A DNA stretch of 58,341 bases from Candidatus Moraniibacteriota bacterium (lineage in GTDB: Bacteria; Patescibacteriota; Minisyncoccia; Moranbacterales; UBA11712). Location of the stretch: assembly GCA_026396255.1 (NCBI GenBank), contig JAPLXD010000006.1, positions 1 to 58,341 on the forward strand, given 5' to 3'. The position numbers were made by a program, and so were the translations under genes. Positions 34,259-44,358 of the stretch are shown one piece after another (position 1 is the first letter of the stretch; every line of letters starts with the position of its first letter). Below the pieces are notes generated by a model. That model was not told the origin of the DNA and searched no databases. It saw nothing but the letters and a program-made list of their open reading frames with translations.

Positions 34259-36055
34259 TCAATCAATTTTGTAGATCAATATCGACCCGCCGATCTCGAC
34301 CGTGGGAGTTCGCTCCCGCAGCCATTCATAGTCCGGTTTTCCTTCCGTGATCTTGTAGTAGAGGGAATTTTGGAGAAAGGTCGCCGAAATTGCGTACCAG
34401 CCCGGCTCCTGACCCAAATCGGAGTGCCACATAATGGCCTTGTCTCCGAGATAATGTACCACATCTCCGCCGCCGAAATAATCGACGCGGATTTTTTGAA
34501 TATTGTTGTCCTCAACAAATTTTTCCAGCCGCTTCAGATCCTGACCCCAATCCACGTTTGAATCCGTCACATACTTGTAGCCATTTTTTGGTCCGCCGAC
34601 AGTTTCGTTGAAGTAGGCCAGATAGTTCGGATAGGCGAAAGCGACTTCAGCTACAAGCCAAGTGACCAGCAAAAGCACAATTGTCCAAAAATATTTTTGG
34701 TATTTTTTTGCCGCTCTATTTCCAAAAATAGTCACTTCTTTGGCGATCAGGATATACATGAACGGCAGGGTCGGGAAGAGATGGCGGAGGCCGATGTTGA
34801 GATTCCCAGTGATGCTCACATACCAATATAAAGCGATGAAAGAAAGCATCGAGAACTCGGCGATGTGGCCATCAAAATAATCCTGGATGTTGGTCCAAAT
34901 TCTTTTGGGGAAACTCGGCAAATTTTTTTTCAGAAGCATTGTCAAGCCCACGGCGATCGAGAAAAAAAGCAGGATCAAAAGCGGTAAACTCTCTTTTATC
35001 AAGAAAACAAGTGGGAAATAGGCTCGGAAGCTCTGGTTGGTCACTTGGCCGAAGAAATAGGTCGTATTTCCGCCTTCGACGCGGCCGAAAACCATGAAGA
35101 ACCCGGTGAGATATTGGGCATAGGGGCGGAGGACGGCGTTGTTGACCATTTTGTGAAGATAGGGAATGGCTATTTTCTGCAACCCATTGGGAGAAAGCTG
35201 GGTATCAATCAGCTGATGGATTTTTTCGGTCGGCATTTTATATGTGTTGGCCTCATAAACAAGCCCGATCAACAGTCCGTGGATAGCCAGAATGACAACG
35301 AAAGTCGCGATATACAACCATAATTTTTGCAGCCAAAATATTTTCACTTTCCCGGATCCCAAAAAAGAAAAATTGAGCTTGTCTTTTCGGAAAATCGCAT
35401 AAAGAACGAGCGCGATGCCAAAAATTGGAAAAAGCAAAACGGAGGAAAATTTGGCGAGAGCCGCCAGTCCCAAAAATATCCCGGCCAGAGTGATCGTTTT
35501 CCAATTGGGATTTTTGAGATATTTGATAAAAGTGAAAAAAGCAAAAAGAGAAAAAGCGGCGATGCCGAGGTCGGTTGTCACATAGTGGTCGTGTCCCAAA
35601 ATATTCGGATCAAAAGCAAAGAGGGTGAGCGCCAAAAGGCCGGCTTTGGTGCCGAACAGCTCTTTGGCCCACTTGAAGATCATAAATCCGAAAGCCAGAG
35701 CGATCAGGATGATTGGAAAGCGGGACCAAAAAAGAATGGCTTCGGTATTGTTTCCCGGAAAGTACAAAAATGTCGATCCGGCGTCCCATTGGCCGTTGGC
35801 GTCGGTTGTCCAATAGTTTTCATCTGTCGGAAAAGTGACTTTCAAAAATTGCAGGGGAATTCCGGCGAGGTCTTTGAGAAGGGGCGGATGCTCGGGATTG
35901 AGGCGATAATCGTGAAAGTGGATATATGAATATCCCGACGGAATATGGGCCACTTCGTCCATGATGGCCGCATCGCCGAGGGCAACGCTGATGGACAGGA
36001 TCAACATAATGCCAAGAATCCCGCCAACGATCCAATATTGGTACTTTTCGAGCAT
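34259..36055 (-). CDS. GT39/PMT_2-type (ArnT-like) lipid-carrier-dependent glycosyltransferase
   Basis: 598 aa with more than 10 TM helices. N-terminal loop motif is DEVAHIPSGYSY. Confidence 0.8.
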   Translation of the reverse strand: MLEKYQYWIVGGILGIMLILSISVALGDAAIMDEVAHIPSGYSYIHFHDYRLNPEHPPLLKDLAGIPLQFLKVTFPTDENYWTTDANGQWDAGSTFLYFPGNNTEAILFWSRFPIILIALAFGFMIFKWAKELFGTKAGLLALTLFAFDPNILGHDHYVTTDLGIAAFSLFAFFTFIKYLKNPNWKTITLAGIFLGLAALAKFSSVLLFPIFGIALVLYAIFRKDKLNFSFLGSGKVKIFWLQKLWLYIATFVVILAIHGLLIGLVYEANTYKMPTEKIHQLIDTQLSPNGLQKIAIPYLHKMVNNAVLRPYAQYLTGFFMVFGRVEGGNTTYFFGQVTNQSFRAYFPLVFLIKESLPLLILLFFSIAVGLTMLLKKNLPSFPKRIWTNIQDYFDGHIAEFSMLSFIALYWYVSITGNLNIGLRHLFPTLPFMYILIAKEVTIFGNRAAKKYQKYFWTIVLLLVTWLVAEVAFAYPNYLAYFNETVGGPKNGYKYVTDSNVDWGQDLKRLEKFVEDNNIQKIRVDYFGGGDVVHYLGDKAIMWHSDLGQEPGWYAISATFLQNSLYYKITEGKPDYEWLRERTPTVEIGGSILIYKID

Positions 36056-36173
36056 AGATTTTTGTTTATTTTTTATTTATCTCAAGAGTGCTTACGCCCA
36101 CATTATACAACAACCAAGAAAAGTTATCCACAAGATACTATTGCACTAGTTTTTGTGGTATAATTTCAGTACA

Positions 36174-36253
36174 CCCCCACACCAATTCTAATTATGAATC
36201 AGATTTTTTCAATTATTCAACGAAGAAGATGATAACTGGAATTGGTGTGGGGG
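36174..36253. repeat. CCCCCACACCAATTC inverted-repeat element (copy 4, perfect 15-bp arms)
   Basis: CCCCCACACCAATTC-N50-GAATTGGTGTGGGGG. An extended -10-like TGGTATAAT at 36156-36164 lies just upstream. Confidence 0.8.
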
Positions 36254-36332
36254 TAAAAGACAAAAAGAAAATCCGGAAAAAGCTGAAGCGTATTCAAAGC
36301 GCCGGTTTTGTTTGAGTTAAAAAAAATTAAAA

Positions 36333-39300
36333 ATGGAAAAAGGAAGAGGAAATTTTATAGAAGCAATGGGAGAAGAAGGCTATATCAGCAGAGATGCCGG
36401 AAAGAAAAAACCGCATGCGCGGAAAAGGAAATCGACGGACGCTAAATATAGGGAAGCTAGAGAATCTTTTGAAGAAAGCGCGGTTGAGGAAGCACCACCT
36501 CCAGCCAGAAATTTGCATGTAGTTGCAAGAATACCGGATAAAAAAGCGGCATATCGCGTCGAGCCAACACGAGAAGCGGCAGTACGAGAACTCTTACTGC
36601 CTGAAAGCGGTGAAGAAGGATTGGAAGGGCTTGAGGAGAAAATCAACAGCGAACTCACGGAGCTGGAGCAGGGATTTGCCAAATCCTGCATAGATGAATA
36701 TCCGAAAGAACTTGAAAAAGCCATAAGCAAAATTGAAAGCAAGGGTTCGACGGTTGTTGAAAAGCAAATTTCAGCAATTCGGACAAGTTATATAAGTGAT
36801 GCAAAAAGATGGGGTCTTGGCAGACAGCTTGCGCCGGAAAAGGCGGAGCTTATCGGAAAATATCTTGAACTGAAATTGCCGGTCGGAATTCCGGAGGAAA
36901 AATTGAAGGAAACACCGAAAAATACAGTGGAGACAAGTGGCGAGTCTTTAAAAGATTTAAATAAAAAAGATAAACATATGGAAATACCCGTAAAGGAAAT
37001 AACAAATATAAATATAAGAGAACAGCTCAAGCAAGATAAGGAAGAGCTAGGGGCGGCTGGGATGATGTCAAATTCCGCCGATCCGAAAAATAATGTAAAT
37101 ATTTCTTCAGGTGGGAAAAAGGTGGAGGAGACTGTAAGTGATCAAGCAGTGATAAATCAACGCAAAATAAATAGAGCGAGAGAATTTGCGCCGAAAGGGA
37201 TGAGAAACATTGCCAAAGTGAGCACGGACGGGCTCGCGCCTGAATTTTCTGACGTTCCCCTGGCGCCGGGAGAAAAGGCTAATTTAGAAAGGGTTGAACA
37301 GGCGCCGGTTGCTCCAGAGTCGAAATCGGATGCGGAGCCTAAGAAGGGCGAAAAAACTCTCGAAGAATTAAAAGCGGATTTGGACGCGAAAAGAGCAGTT
37401 TATGCGAAGGTAGATCTAGACGCGTTCAGAAAATGGTCAAGGTTAAAAAATCTGCTTGGTGCGAGCATAAAAGAGGTTTCAGACGAAGATTACTCTAAAG
37501 CATTTCATGATTATAACGGAGCGTGGCAAGACTACCTGGAAGCTAAGCGTGGAGATGTATTGAAAAAAGGCAATAAAGAAGATGCACGGGAATTTTTGCG
37601 GGAATTTGAGGGAGCAGAAGAAGCGGCCAAATTTTTGAATTTAAAATACGATTTGAAAAAGGAGCAGTCAGGCTATCCGGCAAAAATTCTCTATGGATTC
37701 GAAAAAATGGCCAATGGCTGGAAAGAAATGAATTGGAAGAAAAAGATAGCAATATCAGCAGCTATATTCGGAGTCGGAGCATTGGCGGGCGTAACCGGCG
37801 GTGCGAGTTTTGGCCTAATTGGAGCGACTGCGTTCACTCTCCGGACAGTTCAGAGGACATTGGGGGCGGGTGCGATGTATATTGGAGCGAAAAGATTTCA
37901 AGACCAACGTTTCCTTGGAAAAATGAATAAAGAATTGGAACATAAGCTTGATACATTTCTTGGTTCTGATGAATGGCTCGAGAGAATAAAGAATCTTGAA
38001 TCTGGATTTACAATGAAATCGACGGAAAATCTTTTTAAAAGCAAGGAACGGATTGAGGAGATGGACAGCAAACACAAGCGAAGAGCGCTTGCTCTCGCTG
38101 GATTGGTTGGCGTCGGGGGAACAGCTTTCGACATGTATCGGCATGGAGTTTTTAATGGGCTAGGTGGAGCTATTAAAGAAAAAATGGTTAATTCCTCTAT
38201 TTTAGCATCTTCAATATCCGCGGAAGGTATGGGAGGCGGAGCTGCGGCGATGCAGGCGCATGAAGTTCTTACTGCCCACACTCCCGAAATAAAAAGCGGC
38301 GGGTCATTGCTTAATTGGGCCGAAAGTACTAATGCGGCAGGAGCTGATGCTAATGTTTCCGATCAATTTCACAAACCTTCTAGTTTGGTAGCAACTCCGC
38401 TTGACCAGTCGATGAGACCGGGTGTCCATCCAGGTGCGTCGGCTTCGGATGTGCATTCCGGACAGCCGCATCCGACGGAATATCCAGGCAAAGCGCCGGT
38501 AAATATGAATGATCAGGGCGGGAATTTTTCCGAGCATGTGCCAGCGGACAATGCGAGCCCTCGGATACTGGGATCTCATGAGGTTGTGCGGAACGGTGGA
38601 ATTGAAAGATCGGCACAGGATATAATAAAAGCCAACCCAAAAGCCTTTGGGCTTGATCCCGAAAATCCGCGATTTCACAGTCAGGTTGGGGCAAAGGCGC
38701 ATGAACTGGCAGAAGACCTTCGTGGCAGATTGGGGCTGAAAAAGGGTGTATTTGATAATTTTGCAAGTCATCGGGTTCAGCCGGGGGATCATATAAAAAT
38801 ATTCGAAGATTCATCCACGGGAAAGCCCAAGCTGTCATATGAAGGGAAAGCCTTCGGCAATAGAATTCCAGTGGGCGATCTTCATCATGGCAGCGCGGCC
38901 GAAGATTTAGCGACCAGCCATCCGGCGAAGGTCATGGGAGGACACGCCGGTGCATCCCAAGAAATTGCTCCGAGCAAGGGAGGTATGCCCGTTGAAGATG
39001 TGAAACCAAAAATGGGCGTTAATCCCGAGGATATAAAACCAAGAACGGGGGCGGTGCCTGAAAATACCTTAAGTAAGCCACATTTTACGCCCGAAAATGC
39101 TGTGGAGCCAAGGGCGGGAGCCGGTGAGGGCGCAGCCAACGCAGAAAAGTTGGCCAATATCAATCATCGCGTGTATCTGGCAAATCGTCCTCTTTTGGGA
39201 AATATATTCCACAAATTTGGAATAAGCGAATACTACAATATCTATGATCAGCCGATGAGTAAATGGGACGACCTGATCGGAACCGGTCCCAATGTCGCCC

Positions 39301-39527
39301 AAGATGTTTCACAGGCCGACGTAGTCAATGTTTCGAATGAGAGCTGGAAGAAATTGAATGATTTGCGCAGTATTTTGAAATATTACAATACAAGCGGCCA
39401 TGAAAACATCGGTGAATGTTTGAGGCGGGCTTTGGCGGATTCGAGGATTGCCCCAATTGGGCATGGAGAATCAATTGGAGCCAAGGTTCAACAGGCTATC
39501 AACGAGATATTAAATAATAAAAAATAA
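36333..39527 (+). CDS. 1064-aa hypothetical membrane protein
   Basis: Long uninterrupted ORF. It has a charged coiled-coil-like N-half, central hydrophobic helices (AISAAIFGVGALAGVTGGASFGLIGATAF; ALALAGLVGVGGTAF), and a P/G/E-rich C-half. No motif recognised. Confidence 0.7.
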   Translation: MEKGRGNFIEAMGEEGYISRDAGKKKPHARKRKSTDAKYREARESFEESAVEEAPPPARNLHVVARIPDKKAAYRVEPTREAAVRELLLPESGEEGLEGLEEKINSELTELEQGFAKSCIDEYPKELEKAISKIESKGSTVVEKQISAIRTSYISDAKRWGLGRQLAPEKAELIGKYLELKLPVGIPEEKLKETPKNTVETSGESLKDLNKKDKHMEIPVKEITNINIREQLKQDKEELGAAGMMSNSADPKNNVNISSGGKKVEETVSDQAVINQRKINRAREFAPKGMRNIAKVSTDGLAPEFSDVPLAPGEKANLERVEQAPVAPESKSDAEPKKGEKTLEELKADLDAKRAVYAKVDLDAFRKWSRLKNLLGASIKEVSDEDYSKAFHDYNGAWQDYLEAKRGDVLKKGNKEDAREFLREFEGAEEAAKFLNLKYDLKKEQSGYPAKILYGFEKMANGWKEMNWKKKIAISAAIFGVGALAGVTGGASFGLIGATAFTLRTVQRTLGAGAMYIGAKRFQDQRFLGKMNKELEHKLDTFLGSDEWLERIKNLESGFTMKSTENLFKSKERIEEMDSKHKRRALALAGLVGVGGTAFDMYRHGVFNGLGGAIKEKMVNSSILASSISAEGMGGGAAAMQAHEVLTAHTPEIKSGGSLLNWAESTNAAGADANVSDQFHKPSSLVATPLDQSMRPGVHPGASASDVHSGQPHPTEYPGKAPVNMNDQGGNFSEHVPADNASPRILGSHEVVRNGGIERSAQDIIKANPKAFGLDPENPRFHSQVGAKAHELAEDLRGRLGLKKGVFDNFASHRVQPGDHIKIFEDSSTGKPKLSYEGKAFGNRIPVGDLHHGSAAEDLATSHPAKVMGGHAGASQEIAPSKGGMPVEDVKPKMGVNPEDIKPRTGAVPENTLSKPHFTPENAVEPRAGAGEGAANAEKLANINHRVYLANRPLLGNIFHKFGISEYYNIYDQPMSKWDDLIGTGPNVAQDVSQADVVNVSNESWKKLNDLRSILKYYNTSGHENIGECLRRALADSRIAPIGHGESIGAKVQQAINEILNNKK

Positions 39528-39536
39528 ATAAAAATT

Positions 39537-39893
39537 ATGCCAAACGACACAATCCTCCAGCAGTCGATCATTGAAGAGTTGGGACTGCAGAGTCTTCCCA
39601 AAGAAAAGCAGGAAGAAATTCTTGTCAAAATGACGGAAGTGCTTCTCAAAAAAATATATCTTGAGACTTTCGAGAAGCTTGCCGATCCGGACCGCGAGGA
39701 ACTGGCCAAGATGCTCGACACCGAAGAGGCGGAACCGGAAAAAGTGGAAGCGTATCTGCGCACGAAAATTGAAGACTATGACGGATTCGTCAAAAAAATC
39801 GTTGAAGATTTCACGGATGAGATGAAAAAAACAACGGGCGATTTGGGAAAGATCAAGGAAGAAGAATTGGCGAAAGCGGGCGGGGAAGTCTAA
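39537..39893 (+). CDS. hypothetical acidic helical protein (118 aa)
   Basis: Tightly spaced after the large ORF (9-nt gap). No motif recognised. Confidence 0.55.
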   Translation: MPNDTILQQSIIEELGLQSLPKEKQEEILVKMTEVLLKKIYLETFEKLADPDREELAKMLDTEEAEPEKVEAYLRTKIEDYDGFVKKIVEDFTDEMKKTTGDLGKIKEEELAKAGGEV

Positions 39894-39906
39894 TTTTCTG
39901 AAAATT

Positions 39907-40527
39907 ATGAAGTCAGTACACATCTGTGTTTTTGGAGCCAGCATAACTTGGGGCGCGTACGACGCTGAAAAAGGCGGCTGGGTGGAGCGGCTGAAAATTC
40001 ATTTTTTCAACCAAGAGGATGAAAATTTTGCCAGTGTCTATAATCTCGCGGTTTCAGGCGCGACGGCAGAATATTTACTGAAAAGATTCGATGTCGAATG
40101 CGAAGCGCGAAGGCCGGATATTATTGTTTTTTCGATTGGAAATAATGATTCTCAGTTTTTAAAATCAGAGGATAGGAATCTAACTCCAATCGAAAAATTT
40201 CAGAAAAATATTGAAAAGCTGTACGAAAAATCCCTGAAATTCGCTGAAAAAATAGTTTTCATAGGATTAACCGGAGTTGATGAGGAGAAAACGAAGCCTG
40301 TCTATTGGAATGAAGATAGTTGGTATACAAATGAAGAGATAACGAAATACGATTCAGCTATTGAAAAATTTTGTCAGGAGAAAAATTTGAAATATGTCAG
40401 CTTGAAAGGAGTTTTGAAACCCGGCGATTGGGAAGATGGTCTGCATCCCAATGCAAAAGGGCACGAAAAAATATTCGAGAAAATAAAACCGGAAGTTTTG
40501 AGTATTTTTCAGGAAATTAAAGATTAA
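39907..40527 (+). CDS. SGNH/GDSL-type hydrolase
   Basis: Block I VFGASITWG, block III SIGNND, block V DGLHPN. Confidence 0.75.
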   Translation: MKSVHICVFGASITWGAYDAEKGGWVERLKIHFFNQEDENFASVYNLAVSGATAEYLLKRFDVECEARRPDIIVFSIGNNDSQFLKSEDRNLTPIEKFQKNIEKLYEKSLKFAEKIVFIGLTGVDEEKTKPVYWNEDSWYTNEEITKYDSAIEKFCQEKNLKYVSLKGVLKPGDWEDGLHPNAKGHEKIFEKIKPEVLSIFQEIKD

Positions 40528-40538
40528 ATCAAGAAAAA

Positions 40539-41009
40539 ATGGCGCAAAGCAATTATCAAGAGCCGATCGAGCAAAAGGATCTGGATCTGGCGAAAAAACT
40601 GAGAGAAGCGAATATTGACGCTGGGGAAAAAGAAACTATTCCGACCCCGGAAGTATCAAAAGAAGTCCAAGTTGAAACAATTGCGGAATCACCCGAAGAA
40701 AAAGTTTCCGAAAAAATTGAGACAGCCAGGCAGACCATTGGAACGCAGCAAGCGGCTCCGGCTGCAAATATTGCGAGCGATGCTCAGTCCGTCTCCGGAA
40801 TTGAAGAATTTGAGAAAAAGGTGGAAAAATTGGTCGAAATTGCCGGGAAATATGGACCGGAACACGCGATCCAGGTGGCGCAGCATATGGACAAAGGAAA
40901 AGATTCGGCGGCGGCCGACAACTATACTCTTGATGAGATTCATGATCGTTTGATGGAAGATGAACTCCGAAGTCAACTGATGCAGAAGGGACTTTTGACG
41001 GAATTATAA
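40539..41009 (+). CDS. hypothetical acidic protein (156 aa)
   Basis: ORF in the operon-like series. No motif recognised. Confidence 0.5.
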   Translation: MAQSNYQEPIEQKDLDLAKKLREANIDAGEKETIPTPEVSKEVQVETIAESPEEKVSEKIETARQTIGTQQAAPAANIASDAQSVSGIEEFEKKVEKLVEIAGKYGPEHAIQVAQHMDKGKDSAAADNYTLDEIHDRLMEDELRSQLMQKGLLTEL

Positions 41010-41032
41010 ATTTTCCAAAAACAAAAATAAAA

Positions 41033-43564
41033 ATGGATGCTTATAGTTTAAATTTAATATTATACCCTCTGGCCGGGCTGGCCGCGATTGTCTGTTTTGC
41101 CTCGGGCGCTCTTTTGGTATTCAAAAGTTTCATGGGTTTTCGCGGTCTGGTCACGCGGTCGCTCAATATGGATCTCGACGTGGTGAAAGTGAGCCGGCCG
41201 ATGAAGCGGGAAGCGCAAGGCGAACAGCAGCAACAGCCCAAATCGGAAAAAGAATTGATCTCGGTGATGGAGCATCTTTTCGCGAGTCTCGGGAACATCA
41301 AAGAAAAATCAAACATTTGGCATCGAATTATATATGGAGACGCGGTCGTAGCGCTCGAAATGGCCAATCCCGCCGACAATGACGAAATTTCCTTCTACGT
41401 CGGGGCGCCGAAAAAATTCATCAACATTGTCGAGCGGCAGATTCACAGCTTTTATCCCAAGGCCTCGATTGAACGGGTGAAAGACTACAATATTTTTTCT
41501 CCCGGCAGTTTCACAGCGGCTTCAAGCCTCACTCTCAAGGATAAGCATCATTTTCCGATCCGGACATATCAGACACTGGAAGCCGATCCTCTCAACAACA
41601 TCACGAACGTGCTTGGAAAGTTCGACGAGAAAAAGGAAGGGGCGGCCATCCAGCTTCTCATGAAACCGGCGCGGAGCGGCTGGCGGCAAAAAGGGAAGCA
41701 AGTCGCCCACAAAATGCAGCAGGGCCGGCAACTTTCGGATGTCAAAAGGGATACGATCGTGCGCCAGGTCGGCCGCGGACTGTTGAGCCTTTTTCATCAG
41801 AAAAAAGACAAACAGGAAGATATTTTGAAGCAAAACAAAGATGTCATCCAACTTACACCGGAAGAGCAGGAGGTGGTGAAAAAAATCGAAGGCAAAGCCG
41901 GAAAATCCGGTTTCAGCGTGAATATCCGTCTGGTGGCTTCGGCGCTCACTCAGGAGCGCTCGGAAGTGATTCTTTCCGAGCTCGAAAATGGCTTTATACA
42001 ATATGAAAATCCGGGACTAAACAGCTTCAAGGTTTTGCGCGAAGACAAGCGGCGTCCGAAGAATATCGCTTTTGATTTCATCTTCCGCAACTTTCGGAGC
42101 GACCAAAGTTTTGTTCTGTCTTCAGAGGAAATTGCCAGCGTTTTTCATTTTCCGCTGTTCTCGACCGAAACGCCTAAGATCGCCTGGCTCAAGGCCCGCA
42201 CGGCCGCCCCGCCTTCAAACATTTCGAAAGATGGCATCACGCTCGGCTTCAACGACTATCGCGGAGTGGAAACGGTGATTCGGCACGCAGAGGACGATCG
42301 ACGGCGCCACTTCTATGTCGTCGGACAAACCGGAACCGGAAAATCAACGATGATGGAAGAAATGGTGAAACAGGACATCAAAAACGGAAAAGGCGTGTGC
42401 GTTATCGATCCCCACGGAGAGTTTGTTGATCATGTGCTTGAATGTGTTCCGAAAGAACGGGCGGAGGACGTGATCTATTTCGATCCGGCGGACATGGAGC
42501 GGCCGTATGGGCTCAATATGCTTGAATTTGACCAAAACAAGCCGGAGCAAAAAACTTTTGTCATCAATGAAATGATCAATATCTTTGACAAGCTCTATGA
42601 TCTGCGCCAGACGGGCGGCCCGATGTTTGAACAATATATGCGCAACGCGGCCCTGCTCGTGATGGAACACCCGGATTCCGGTTCGACCTTGATGGAGATT
42701 CCGCGAGTCCTGGCCGATGAAGAATTTCGGCATTTGAAACTGTCGCATTGCACCAATCCGGTCGTCAAAAATTTCTGGGAAAAAGAAGCGGAAAAGGCGG
42801 GCGGGGAAGCGGCTCTCGCCAATATGGTCCCGTATATCACTTCGAAACTCACCCAGTTTATTTCGAACGATATGATGCGGCCGATCATCGCTCAGGAGAA
42901 ATCGACAATCAACTTTCGCCAGGCGATGGACAACCAGCAAATTATTCTAGTGAACCTTTCAAAGGGAAAGATTGGCGAAATCAACGCCAATCTCCTGGGA
43001 ATGATCATCGTTGGAAAAATATTAATCTCGGCACTTTCGCGGGTGGATATTTCAGAAAGCGAGCGCAAAGATTTTTATCTCTATATCGATGAATTTCAAA
43101 ACTTCACGACCGATTCGATCGCCCAGATTCTTTCGGAAGCACGAAAATATCGGCTGGCTCTAGTCATTGCTCATCAATTCATCGCCCAACTCAAAGAAGA
43201 AATTTCCAAGGCGGTTTTTGGAAACGTGGGATCGATTTGCTCATTTCGGGTGGGGGCGGAAGACGCGGAATTTCTGCAAAAGCAGTTTGAGCCGGTATTC
43301 GATGCGAATGATCTCATGAACGTGGACAATCACAACTGTTTCATGAAACTTTTGATCGCGAGCCAGGTCGCTTCGCCCTTCAATATGAAAACCTATCCGC
43401 CGACGGCCGGCTCGAAAGAGATCGCGGAAGCCATCAAGGAGCTTTCCAAATTGAAGTACGGGCGCAATCGTGATATAGTGAATGAAGAGATCTTGAAAAA
43501 ATCAAGTTTTGTTTCCGCTCCCGCTTCGGCTGACGCTTTTGATATGGGAGAAAAACCGATGTAA
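41033..43564 (+). CDS. membrane-anchored FtsK/HerA-superfamily ATPase, TraD/VirD4 (coupling-protein)-like
   Basis: N-terminal TM helix, Walker A VVGQTGTGKST, IDPHGEF, Walker B LYIDEFQNF, and ARKYRLALVIAHQFIAQL (TraG-D_C-like). Confidence 0.75.
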   Translation: MDAYSLNLILYPLAGLAAIVCFASGALLVFKSFMGFRGLVTRSLNMDLDVVKVSRPMKREAQGEQQQQPKSEKELISVMEHLFASLGNIKEKSNIWHRIIYGDAVVALEMANPADNDEISFYVGAPKKFINIVERQIHSFYPKASIERVKDYNIFSPGSFTAASSLTLKDKHHFPIRTYQTLEADPLNNITNVLGKFDEKKEGAAIQLLMKPARSGWRQKGKQVAHKMQQGRQLSDVKRDTIVRQVGRGLLSLFHQKKDKQEDILKQNKDVIQLTPEEQEVVKKIEGKAGKSGFSVNIRLVASALTQERSEVILSELENGFIQYENPGLNSFKVLREDKRRPKNIAFDFIFRNFRSDQSFVLSSEEIASVFHFPLFSTETPKIAWLKARTAAPPSNISKDGITLGFNDYRGVETVIRHAEDDRRRHFYVVGQTGTGKSTMMEEMVKQDIKNGKGVCVIDPHGEFVDHVLECVPKERAEDVIYFDPADMERPYGLNMLEFDQNKPEQKTFVINEMINIFDKLYDLRQTGGPMFEQYMRNAALLVMEHPDSGSTLMEIPRVLADEEFRHLKLSHCTNPVVKNFWEKEAEKAGGEAALANMVPYITSKLTQFISNDMMRPIIAQEKSTINFRQAMDNQQIILVNLSKGKIGEINANLLGMIIVGKILISALSRVDISESERKDFYLYIDEFQNFTTDSIAQILSEARKYRLALVIAHQFIAQLKEEISKAVFGNVGSICSFRVGAEDAEFLQKQFEPVFDANDLMNVDNHNCFMKLLIASQVASPFNMKTYPPTAGSKEIAEAIKELSKLKYGRNRDIVNEEILKKSSFVSAPASADAFDMGEKPM

Positions 43565-43587
43565 ATATAATTTTTGATATTTCTATT

Positions 43588-43761
43588 ATGGACCAGCACG
43601 ATATGCAGACGGAAAAAACAGATGAAGAAGAAACGCTCGATCCGCATTGCGCAACTTGCAATATGCCATTGAGAAAAGCGGAGGATTTCGGGACGGATTC
43701 CGAGGGCGAGAAGAGCGAAAAATATTGCTGCCATTGTATGCAGGGCGGAAATATGCTTTGA
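43588..43761 (+). CDS. 57-aa zinc-ribbon protein
   Basis: CATCNMPL..DFGTDSEG..KYCCHC matches the 'putative zinc ribbon' pattern CxxCgMPL...G.....YCxxC. Below the ORF-track size cut-off. Confidence 0.55.
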   Translation: MDQHDMQTEKTDEEETLDPHCATCNMPLRKAEDFGTDSEGEKSEKYCCHCMQGGNML

Positions 43762-43812
43762 GTGATAGATAATATTTTATATTACTCTAAAAACTAGAAA
43801 GAGAGGTGTACT

Positions 43813-43947
43813 ATGACTGACGATATGAATCCAGTGACTCCCGTTGAGCCGATGGCTCCGGAAGCTCCGGTCGAACCAGTAATGCCGGCGGAACCAACTC
43901 CGGAAGCTCCGGTTGAGCCTATGACTCCGCCGCCAGCAGCCGAGTAA
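43813..43947 (+). CDS. 44-aa proline-rich acidic peptide
   Basis: AGAGAGG RBS. Sequence is MTDDMNPVTPVEPMAPEAPVEPVMPAEPTPEAPVEPMTPPPAAE. A weak hairpin with T-run follows. Confidence 0.4.
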   Translation: MTDDMNPVTPVEPMAPEAPVEPVMPAEPTPEAPVEPMTPPPAAE

Positions 43948-44042
43948 TTTTTCGAAATTTCTCATCAAAAAAGCCAGCCGAGAGGGACCGGCTTTTTTGT
44001 TTGCATAAAAAAAATAACCGCCGGGGCAGTGCCAAGGCGGGG

Positions 44043-44357
44043 TTAAGCTGCTGATTTTCTTTCTCCCCGCATTTTTGCGAGTCCGCGGCGGATAAGGGGA
44101 TCCACCTCATTGATCAAGTCGTCAAGATTTTCGAAATCGAGTTGTCTAACCAACTTGTCATTGAAATCAATTTCATTGTCCGTAATTTTGCGAAGAACCT
44201 CTGCAATTTCCGAATTGGGAATACCGTCTTCGAGATTCGGGCTGCTAGCGAGAACATTCAAAACTCGAGCGGCTATCGTATTCGCAATAGCAGAACGGTT
44301 TTCGGCCCGAATTTTTGCCATATTATCCGTTATTCTTTTCTTTTCCAATCGGCTCAT
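44043..44357 (-). CDS. hypothetical 104-aa protein downstream of DUF763
   Basis: Its start lies 1 nt after the DUF763 stop. A hairpin with T-run follows on the minus strand. Confidence 0.55.
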   Translation of the reverse strand: MSRLEKKRITDNMAKIRAENRSAIANTIAARVLNVLASSPNLEDGIPNSEIAEVLRKITDNEIDFNDKLVRQLDFENLDDLINEVDPLIRRGLAKMRGERKSAA

Positions 44358-44358
44358 A

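Noticed and set aside
36088-36315. A 75-aa ORF spanning the CCCCCACACCAATTC inverted-repeat element.
   Set aside because: It is made up of the repeat arms and the AT-rich loop, has no RBS, and overlaps the predicted promoter of the 1064-aa gene.
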